The position numbers and the translations under genes are program-made. From Girardia tigrina (lineage: Eukaryota): DNA of 49,201 nucleotides. Within the stretch, counting starts at the first letter, position 1. Each line of letters begins with the position of its first letter. The DNA lies in NCBI GenBank assembly GCA_001938485.1, contig MQRK01220026.1, forward strand, positions 15,576-64,776, in the 5' to 3' direction. Positions 23,901 to 35,900 of this stretch are shown here, piece by piece. The notes below the pieces were generated by a model. That model saw only the letters and a program-made list of their open reading frames with translations. It did no database searches and was not told the origin of the DNA.

Positions 23901-26900
23901 ATTCCAATCCACAATACAAGTATACATATTTTTATTTTTCATTAATCAAAATGATTTTTTGTTTCAAAATATGAAATTTGTCAATTATTATTTCGTGGAA
24001 TTAATTAATGGCAATGAGAATAATATATTATATCAAAAAATAAATTTATTGTGTATAAAATACTGTAAATGACTGTTTAAATAAATAAATGTAAAGTATT
24101 GGGCAGAAATTTAATAAATTTTCTGGAAACAGTCTCATATGATGTATTAATAATTAGAGTTTTTAATCCAGTATTCCTGCAATCATTTCGGGTTCTAAAT
24201 CTTTTACTATAAAAAAGTCCACTGTTTTCTGTATTCTTTCAATCTTCATCTTTAGTTGTACTATTCCGTAATTTACTAGTTCCGAATCGTTAGCATGATG
24301 TATACGTCTTTTTGTCTCCTTTATTTTGATATTTTCCATATTTTTGAGTATGTCTATTTTAATTAAATTGACTCGTGCTCCCGTATTCAATAGACATCGT
24401 ACATTTTTATTCTTTATTTGAAATTCTATACTAGGCCTTCCTTTCAGTTCTTTGTATTCTTTTTTAAACTTTAATATTTTCATTATCTCTGTGCTTCTTT
24501 CTTCATCTTTTTCTGTGATCAAACTGTCACATTTCTCATTGTGTATTTCGTTTTCACCATCTAATATACACAATTCCTCAGGAATATTTTCAACAGCATC
24601 CCATACACAACATACGTCATCATATAAAATTCATATAGTCAAACATACACATACATTCGTTTCTTAGTGAAATGTACTGATCACTTCTCCCTGTGACCGT
24701 GCCTCCTCGTTTCCCTGTTCGTCTCAGAAATTTTTCTTGTTTGTAATATTTTCTTTTCTTGATAGACTTCCTCTTTTATTCGATCTTTCCGACATTCTTT
24801 CCCACTCATCATCGGAGTCTTCTAATTCTTCTACTTGGTCTCTTCTATTCTTATATCCAATCCGACCTCAGTACTGTGTGTTTGCGTATTCTTTTCGTTC
24901 ATTTCTTCTATTCCTTGTATCTTCTCTTCCAGATTGTTCGCGTTCTCTAAATCTGTTAGGATGCTCACTGTGTGTTCTTACATTGTGTTCTTACATGCCC
25001 TTTCTTATTACAACGGTTGCATTTAACATTTGGACATTCCTGTCTCACATATCCTTCTTCATGGCAGGCCCGACATATGATCCTTCTCGCATTAAAATTT
25101 CTTCTTGGTTCTTCGATCTTTCTCTCTTCGTATCTTGGTCTCGGTCTTCTTGTTCTATATTCTACTTTCTTCCATTCTTTATTTAACTTTGTCGTGTATG
25201 CGTCCACTCTTATATTCCTGTCTTTCAGCTCAAATTCGTAAATTTTCTCTTGGATATTTTTTATATCTTCTACTTTTGTGGCATTTCTCAGAGTCATTTA
25301 TCTTCTTACTTCTTTATCTTCGATGGCATTGGCGCACGCTAGATCTGAAAGTTCCTTTTTTCCTAGTTTTTTTCTCAACTAGTTTTTCCACTAGTTCATC
25401 AATCTTTTTAAATACTTCTGATGGATTTTTATCCCCGATTCTAATCTCTATAAGCTCTTTCATTATCTCTAAAATATTTTTCTCTTTTGAGAATGCACTT
25501 CTCATTCTTGTTTCCCAGCTGCCTCCTTGTGGTTTCTCATATTTGTTTATCGCTTCTGGGGTCATGAATGCTGAACTATTATTGCTTTTCTTTCTTCCTT
25601 AAATTCCAAAATCTTTGAATATCTCTCAAAGCTTATTAGGAATTCTTCTAATTTTGCTTCTGACCCATCGAATGTCTCCAGTCCCTTGATAATTGGTGTC
25701 ACGTGGTGGTGTGTCGCCATATTAAGAACATTTAAACAAGTCTCGTTTAAATCTTTATTGCAATTACATTAAATTAGAGTCATTAAGACTCTCAGAAAGT
25801 CTTTCATCATTTGCCATCGTTCTAATTGGTTTTCTTATTTCTGTTTTTAATCATGATTATTCGAACATTTTTTCTAAATTATTTTTTTAATATATTTAAC
25901 CTCTAAAAATATTAATTAAAAATATTAATTTTTACCATTTTTCGATAAATTCAAAAATAATAAAAATGACATCAAATTATTAAAAATGCATTTTATTTGA
26001 ATTTTACTAAAAATTATTAAACTTAATTTTAATTCTGAAATTAAAGATATGAACTTATAAAATGATTATTTTAATTATGGTCGAATAGTCAATCACTTTA
26101 AATTTAATAAAAAATACCAATTTCCATCTGGGTGGGAGAATCACCATTCTAAATTCAACATACTTAAATCAACATACAACATCAATACATTTACACATTC
26201 AAACAATTTAAAATATTCCTCACATACTTCTTTTCGTTAAGTTCAGTGATATTTGTCCCCGGAAAAATTACTAAATATGAAATATTAACATTTGATTAAA
26301 GTATTATTATTTTGCTGTTCAAATTTAAAAATAAAAAACTCCGGGACCCAATGATTTAAAGCATATTAACCAATTTATACAATAAAAAGTAATGGATCAT
26401 ATAGATGTGGTCTCACGGACCGCAATTTTTTTACTGAATTATTTTTTAAATAATTTTTCATAAGTAAATTTTTGTGGAACGATTTTTAATTTTTCTTGCA
26501 CAAACCAATAATATTTAAATAATTATAAATACATAAAAATATGTTAACTTTATTATTTTTGAAATTTTAGATTATATTTAATTTTGAATTTGAAAACTAT
26601 TATAAACATAAACTTCCTTCAAATATTTTATATTATTTTTTGTATTTAATTATATATTGTTTTTAAATATTGTATCTCTTTTGAATGGTTGTTTTTTAAA
26701 TTCATTAAAATTTAATATTTATTATGATATTTATTTTTTTTGTATTTACTTTTATGGTTCAATAAATTCTATTAAAATATTTTCCATGTTTGATATTTAA
26801 TTCGTTTTCAAATCTATTTTATTTATTAATTTGATTATTTTAAATTCAATTCGTTTTTTAATCCATTTAATTACGAGTTTTATTATTTCAAATTTTATCT

Positions 26901-29900
26901 AAAACGTTTTTAAATATAATTAATATTGAAACTTTATACCGCATTTTATCGTCTTTACTTTTTTAACAATAAATTTCTATTTTTTACTTTTATAATTAAA
27001 TATTAATTTAAAATTTTTTTTATCTTTAATTCAAAAGAGACATCAGAAATCCTCACAATGCTCTATTTTCTTGTTTGTGTACATATTGTCCTTCCAGTAT
27101 CCTATAAGAATATTCAAACCTTGATTTGCTCTTTCAAAATTGGATGAAAAATTGCATACTTGGGGAAGTAGGCCTTTTATCATATACTCTAAATTTTTCC
27201 GAACTGTTAAGAACACCAATATTGGTTTTCACATATTTATTTTCATCACAATTCGAATTGTCTTTTGGACAATTCTCAACCAAGCTGTCATAATTTTCCA
27301 TCTCACTAAATTGATAAATTTTTGTTAATGTTTTGTTAATAAACAATTATTAGAACAATTTTTCATTTTAAATGATTTTCAGATATTATTTTTAAAATTC
27401 TACTTTTATAATTTCGGTAATAAATTTAACTAAATGAAGACGACATTTAAAAAAATGAGAAAAACACGCTTGATTTCAAAATTTTATTTTTACAAAAAAG
27501 TAAATATTTAAACAAACTTAAAAATTTAATAATTTAATTATTAATTTGTTTTATAAGTAGAAATGTGTTTCTACATAACTCCCCCTCACATTTGAAGGTC
27601 TTGTAGGCCGAAGAAGGGTTTAAGTCTATCTACTGAAATGCGCTTGATATTTTCATCGACTTTCACTTCAAATGTTTTCAAATCCTTGCTTCGGTTGATA
27701 ACCTTGAACGGTCCTTCATATGGATTTTGAAGACATCTTTTAGTTTCACGTCTGATCCACACATATTCACAGCTGTATAGATCCTGTGGAATAAAAATTG
27801 TTTGATGTATTGGTCTTCGGTAACGAACTCTGTTGTAATACTTTATTGCTTTCTCAACAGTCGAGTGTGTTGGAGTTTCATGATTATACGTTTCAATAAT
27901 TAGGTCACCTGGAATGTTGGCGGCGCTTCCGAATACCATTTGCGAAGGTGTCACAGGCTCATCGCTTCTTACTAAATTTCTAATGCCTAGCATGACTAAA
28001 GGTAGATCCTTTACCCAAGTGCTCTCTGCATTGTTCGCATGTACTCGGAGGACATTTTTCATTGTGCGATGGAATCTTTCCACTTTCCCATTGCATTGTG
28101 GGTGTTAGGCCGTAGTGCGTCGATGTTCGATGCCATATTTTTCACATAGCTTGTTGAATGTTTCGGAGCAGAATTGGGTCCCCTGATCGGAAATAATGAT
28201 TTCAGGACATCCATATCGAGAGATCCATTCTCTTTCGAATGTTTCGACTATCTTTGTTGCCGAGATCTCTTTAATTGGTATGGCTTCTGTCCATGATGTC
28301 TGCCTGTCAATTAGACTTAAAATGAATCTTTTACCTTCTATTTGCGGGAGAGGACCAACAATATCAATGTGGACCACTTTGAATCGTCCACGGTCTGGAA
28401 ATGTCCCAAGTGGAGATTTTGTATGTTTGTTTATTTTGGCTTTTTGGCATTCATGGCAGCCTCGTACCCATCGCCTGATTTCAGACCTCATTTTTGACCA
28501 CACATATCGTTCTGCTAGAAGACTGGTTGTTGTTTTGACTCCTGGATGAGTTATATTGTGCAGTCTCAAGAATTCTTTGAATCTGTATTTGTTTGGCAAA
28601 ATAATTCTGCCCTTTTTTGTTGTATCGATTAACATTCCATTTTTGGTTTGTATGTTCAAAGATTTTGCTCTGAGGTTTCGAAGACTTGGATCAGTGACTT
28701 GCTCTCTGGCTAATTCTTGAGTTGATATTCGATTCAAATTAGATATCTCATGATCTGGTCTTGATGGGTAGTCTGCAAGGGGTGCTGAACTAATTTCGCT
28801 AAAGAACTAATTTCGCTAAAGAATTATTTTCGCTAAAGAATTAATTTTGTTTTAACTTTATGTTTTTTTAAGATTTAATAAAATTTAAAACGTTGTTATG
28901 GTAGATCAAACCTCATCTTCAAATATTGGATATGAAGTTGTGGAGGGGTTGCGAAAGAATTCCAAACTGTATCGGGCAAATTATTTTTTGTATTATAAGA
29001 ATAAAATGTACAAAAATAGAATTGCATTAAGGTGTCTAATGTATCCAACTACAGACTGCAGTGGTAAAGCCTCTATTACCATTGATACCAATGAAATTAT
29101 TATTGAAACCTGCCATAATCACGAACCTGAACTATATGATGAACCAATGAGAGCACTGAAGAAGAAGCTAAAAGATAAGTCCGAAACAATATCAGAAAGT
29201 TCAAGACAGATTTTTGATAATGTTTGTCGGGTGTACTCAGAAGAAGTTGCCACGAGAATTTCTTTCCTAATGGTTTCCCGAGGAATGACCAAAAGAAAAC
29301 ATCTGGTCTTCCCTAAGATTCCAGAAGATGTGTCTGGTTATGTTAAATCCATAAAAGAAAATACAATACTTAACCATCATTATAAGGGACCAATATTTGA
29401 TGGCGATGAAGTCATTGGAATCTTTTTCTTTTCAATTGAGATGGTTGATAATCTCCCAAATTTTGATAGCATCTGTTATGATGGGACATTTTTTATTGTG
29501 CCAAACATATTTTCTCAGTTGTTCATTATTTCAGTTCGACATGGTCAAAGAATGTTTCCAACGTTTTTTGACTTGATGAAATCTAGGCAATATCAACATT
29601 ACAAGTTGATTATTCAGAAAATAAAAGATGTGGTACCTCAATTTTGCCTTCATTGGCAATTGGTGACTTTGAAAAAGCTCCAATCAGAGCATTTCGTGAA
29701 ATATTTTCACAGATTCCCTGTCAAGGCTGCTATTTTCATTTTAAGCAGGTTATTGTATGGAAACTTGGCGAACTTGGCTTGAAATATTTTTTTTCATTCG
29801 CAATAAAGAATTCAACCAGCTGATAAATTTGATAATGGCGCTTGGATTTTTGCCCTCTTATAAAATACGTACATTATTTAGTACATTGAAACAAACAAGG

Positions 29901-32900
29901 ATTGGAACTCGACAACAACAAACAAAAATAGCCTCTTTTCATCTCTACTTTGAAAGGATATGGCTAATTGATCTCGCGATAATCAATTGGTTCAATTCCA
30001 CGATCTTGACCAACAATTTCTCCGAGACCTTCAACAAGAAACTAAAGATGAAATTTGGGGTTCATCGTGGCAATCCATGGGTTTTCACTGAAACTCTGAG
30101 CAACATTATTGATGACATGAGACTAGAAAGTTTGCGTATAAGAAATGGACTTGAAACTACTAGACAGCGTGATCCTAATATTCTATCAAATCTCTCTTCC
30201 GAGCTCAAAGATAGTTTAATAAATAATGAAATCACTCCATTCCAATTTCTTTGCAGATACTTGAACATTTTGGAGATTTAACCTGCAATTCAATCAATAT
30301 TTTAGACCAGCAGTGGTCTTTAAGACGATCAATTTTGTGTCGAAAAGAAAGATATTTTGTAAACAAAAATATTTGGACTGAAATATATTTTTCGTTCATA
30401 ATATAGCGTTATTTTTATATACAGAGTTATGTTATAAAAGATCGTTCAAGTTATATTCACTTGTTGTTTAGTCAATGCATTATTTGTGTATATTTTTAAT
30501 ATTTCCTAATTAATTTTGTTGTAAAAATAGAATTACATTATTATTCAAATTATTAATCACTTTAACAGCAATTATTTATTTTATTTATTTGTGTAATTTG
30601 AAGGATTAATTTACTTTTTCTACAATTTTACTTTAATTTTTTTACAATTTTTAATTAATTAATTTTTTCTACAATATCGGGCTTCATTAATAATAAACAA
30701 AATAATATCAGCATTAGTGAAATTAGTCCACTAACGAAATTATTTCTTTAGCGAAATTAGTTCTTTAACGAAATTCGTTCATTAGCGAAATTAGTTCCGT
30801 AACCCTTTATTAACGGTCACGGTTGTAAACCGAAATATGCAGTGAACAAGTACGAACCAACCTTAATTTCTATCTCAAAAAATGAAAAAGCACACAACAA
30901 GCCGATCGTTAATTGCGAGATACTGTAAAAGAAGGTAAATGTTATTTTATTTGATATGCTTTATTTAATACTGGAACCGATTTGAATGTAATTAGTGAAG
31001 AAAACTGGGAAAAAATAAAGAATGATAACCCTAATTTGGAAATTTATCCTAGTAAGTCTATGATTAAGTGCGCAAATGGAAACATTGAAAAAGTCATTGG
31101 TAAAATAAAATTGGAAGTGACTATAGGTCCAACAAAAACAAAACCCGTATTTAGTGTAATGAGAGGTATATTTCCACATGTGTTTATCGACATTAGAAGT
31201 ATGAACCACTACAACATTTGTGTAAATCCGAATAAAAATGCGATTTTCATTAATAATATCGAGGTACCATTTATTTCTAGGATCATGACACCATCGGCTT
31301 TAAACTAACGTTATCCGCGTTAGTGAGCCGTAATGTGGATTACTATAGAGAAAAGGCTCGAGGAGGTTTTTTTGAAATTTGATGTCATACTAGCGAATAA
31401 TGTTTGCTTAGAAGGAGATGGTGAATATATGGTGCAAGGAATGGCGGTGGATGAGAAAAGCGTGCCTCAAAACAAGGTAAATGCTTCATTTTTATTTGTT
31501 GGAGACAAACAGAATTTATCGAAACGAGAACTTTTGATCGGTGATGGTCTGGTAGAAGTCGTAGACGGAATATTGTGGATAAGAATATTAATGGAAAAAG
31601 GGGAGTAAAGAAAATACACACTGGGATGCGAATGGGTCACATAGAAAAGTTAACGGAGATCGAAGCTTTTGACAAAATGAATATGATATAAAATGTTCAA
31701 GACGAAATGCAGGGAAGAGACATCGTAAAATCAATAATGGAAAAAACACGATTCATGGAGAATGAAGAAATAATAGGATCTCTGGAATAAATTTTGAAAA
31801 AAACGAGTTAACGTATTCAGTACGAATAAATTTGATCTAGGTATAATTAACGTCATCGAACATACAATCGATACCGGTGATTGCAGACCGATTGCATTTA
31901 AACCAAGGCGGATACCACAAGGTGTAGAAGCTAATGTAAATCAGACGATTGATGAAATGTTAAAAGCAGGAGTTATTAGACCCAGTTAATCGCCATGGAA
32001 CTTTCCAATCGTGGTGGTACAGAAAAAAGATGGTGGTATCAGGTTATGCGTGGATTATTGGGCATTGAATGCCAAGACAACCAGACCAATATTTCCGATT
32101 CCATCAACAAATGAACTTTTCGACACTGTTGGGAATGCAGATTACTTCACTGTATTAGATTTAAGCAGTGGGTATCATCAAGTACCGGTCAGAGATGTAG
32201 ATATCGAGAAAACTGCATTTAGTACAAGATATGGACAATTTGAATTTACTCGAATGCCGTTCGGTCTATGTGCCGCCCCGGTCACATTTCAGAGGATGCA
32301 TAAAATTTTACAACGGATAGAAGAAGCTGGGCTAAAATTATCACCAACAAAATGTAAATTCTTGCAACGAGAAGGCCATATTATCAACAAGGCTGGAATC
32401 AGGACAGATCCCGATAAAATAGAATCTATTCATAAATGGAATTTACCAAATTGTAAGAAAGAGCTGCAAGAATTTTTATGTCTTTGTAATTATTATCGGA
32501 CTTTTATAAAAGATTTTGCGACAATAGCCGAGCCACTATATGCAATGCTGAGAAAAACCTGTGATCTCGGATTGACGGAAGAAAAAATTGCAGGGTTTAC
32601 GAGACTTAAAACGGCACTCATGTCCCCGCCAGTATTGAAACTTCCTTGTCCAGATGGTAAATACATCTTGGACACAGATGCTTCTCAAAGTAGTATAGGT
32701 GCCATGTTATCACAAATTCAGGAAGGAAAAGAGCATGTCATTGCTTATGCGTCTAGAAACCTTACGAAAAGTCAAAGACTGTACTGTATAACTCGTAAAG
32801 AACCACTTGCAAACTATGTATTTGTTTTGAAATTTAAACATTATCTTTTAGGAGTTGAATTCGAAGTTCGTACCGATCACCAAGCGTTAAAATGGTTGTT

Positions 32901-35900
32901 GAATTGGAGATCTCCAAACACCTCGCAATATTGTATCTTGAAAGCAGAATTAGAGATATACAACATGACTGTCACATTCCGGAAAGGTAAAGAGCATACG
33001 AATGCAGACGCTGTGTCCAGATTACCACCATGTGAACAATGTTTATTACCACACGAGGATCCAAAGAAGAAACGAAACAACAAGGTATTAAGTGACAAAG
33101 AATGGAATTTAGAAGAGTCGATAACGGGCAATGAATAAGAGATAATTTTGTGGCAAATTGCTGAGGTCGAAGATAACGAAATTAATATTATTAAACAGCT
33201 ACTTCCTCGGAAAGATGAAACATTGATACCGGAAATCATCCAAACTGGATCAAAAGATATTAAGCATTTGTGGGATATACGAGAAAATATCAGGATAAGA
33301 GGTGATAAATATCACTGAAGAATGATAAATATCACTTGTTCGTACCAAGAGAAGCGCAGGAACAGCTGATAAAAGCAACACACAAATTGCTGGGACACGT
33401 TGGAATCGAGAAGACCGCAACGGCAATGTCGAGTGATTATTACTGGCGAAATTTGCATGACGATGTTCGAGAAATTATTAGTAAATGTAATATATGTGCT
33501 AGATATAAAGATGTAAATGAAAGATTTCGAGCACCTTTACAGAAACTGAAAACCAATGAACCGTTTGAATTACTCGTTATTGAATTACGGGACCATTTAA
33601 AGAAACAAAAGACGGCTACCGATTTATATAAGGAATAATAGATTATTACTCGAAGTATATCTGTCTTGTTCCAATGGAATCTATATCAGCAGCAGCAATA
33701 TCAAAAGCAATTTGGATTCATTGGATATCAAAATTCTGAATACCAAAATAAATTCATAGTGACTGTGGATCGACCTTTAAATCAGCAATAATCGCAGATT
33801 TATACAAACTATTGAACATAAAGAAATCATTTTCCTCACCCTATTAACCTCAAGGTGATGGATTAATAGAACGATTATTTAGGAGTGTCAAACCAATGAT
33901 TGGAGCAATAATGGAAGAAGGGAAACATGAAGACTGGTCCGAAACAATACCTTTCGTTGAATTTGGGATCCGGAACTCGATACAGAAGACAACCGGTTTT
34001 ACTCCTTTTGAGATACTGTATTTTTGAGATATGTATTATTTGGATTTATACCAGAACTACCCTTCTTAAAGCAACCTGAGGAAGTAACATTTACAAAATA
34101 CAGTGATTATATGAAGAATCTCAAAGCAAAACTTCAAATAACCAAGGATATAATATTGCAACGAGGTAAGGAAAAAGGTGATAAAGAAAAAAATCGATAC
34201 AATAAACACCGTTTGAATAAGAAGTTAAAAGTTGGAGATATCGTGCTTGTGAAATCGAGACAGACATCTGATTTTGGAAAGAAATTTATCGGTCCTTTCA
34301 AGATAGAAGAAATTATAAATGATTGGACTTATGTATTATTTAACGAAGCAGATAATAGAAGAATTCAAATGAATTATAATCAAATTAAATTAGTATCACC
34401 AAGTTACGAGGAAGACAGCAGTGATATCAGTGCTTTTAGTAAAAAATCTATTACTTGTCGAACATCTGCAACAACAGGAAATAAAAATCAAGAAGCAGAC
34501 GAAAGAAGATTCCCAATCAGATCAACACGAGGAAAAATTCCAATCAGGTTCCAGTGATAACGTCTAGAAAGGAGGGATGTGAGATAATTAATATAAGTTG
34601 TTTTAATAATATCGAAAAGTGTGTTATTTTTAAAATATAGTTATTATTGATCGATTATGTTCTTATTAATTATTTATAATATAACATGTAATGATCATCT
34701 TCGGTGTAGTATATATTACCTCAATTTAGCATATAATACTACTGGATGTGATATTGCAGTTCAACCGTGGTGCAGTCACGTACCGGCCTTGGAATTTTGG
34801 CAGTATATTTTGTCGATATCTTTTTTTACTTTGGGATATCCAACAGCAAATCTTTTATCATATGTTATTTTTTCTCGACTAATTGATCCATCGTCTCAGG
34901 TATAATTCTTTTTAACTTTATTTTTTATCATGTTGTGTTAATTTTTATATTTAGTATTTATTAGTTACGGTAAAATTATCCGTCGTAATTAATATAAAAT
35001 ATTTTTTTAATACAAACAAATTCAAAAAATTTTTTAACTTCCTTTTAATAATCAATTCCCCGATATTTATTTTAATTTTCAAATTCTGATTTTTTTTTTG
35101 AAAACTCAAACTTAAAAATAATATTTAAATCGATTTTGATTTTTATTCTAACTAATATTTACTTCATAATTATAAAAAAAACATTTTATTCCAAAACTTT
35201 AAAAACCTTTTAATTTTGAATCAATTAAAACATTGAATATTAATTATTGAAAGCTCGAATTATTATTTTCAAAAATTATTTACTTTTTAAATTATAATTT
35301 ATTACAATTATATTATGAAACTTCATTTAAAAGTTCAATTAAAACTTTTTGGCAAATTTTAAAATTATATTTTAAAATTCACTCATCTTTAAATTCTTAA
35401 AATATTGTCAACGAAAAGAAAGTTAACTAACTCATCATATTCCCCATTTTTAAGAATTTCTTCAGTTTTTTCACATTTCAATCCAAAATTTATCTATTTT
35501 CATTTCTAATTTTGTATCTTTTGTTATGTATCTTCTCAATCACTTTGTATGGTGTAGTGCAGAGGTGCTCATGTTTAACGTTTAAACGTTTTCTTTTTTA
35601 GGATGTTTAAACGTTTAGTGATTTTTAAACGAATATGGAATTCTTAAGTTCGTAATTCAAAACTTCACAACATGGGTTATACGTTTTTTGAAACTTTTAT
35701 CAGGCTACTTGATACCTATTACTTTGTTAAGAACACATTATCCCAATTTATTGAGCTTTTTCGTGGGTTTAAAAATGCCAAATATTGAAATAGTGCAATG
35801 TACTTGCACAATTCACCCATGCTTAGCTCTGTTAAATAAAACTGTTTCTTTGTATCATGCGCATTTGACTTTACACAGCTTTAACCCTTAATAACCTAGA

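Noticed and set aside
28788-28845. 17-bp repeats as a CRISPR-like array
   Set aside because: No spacers; mirrored at 30715-30800 as MULE TIR repeats; eukaryotic context.
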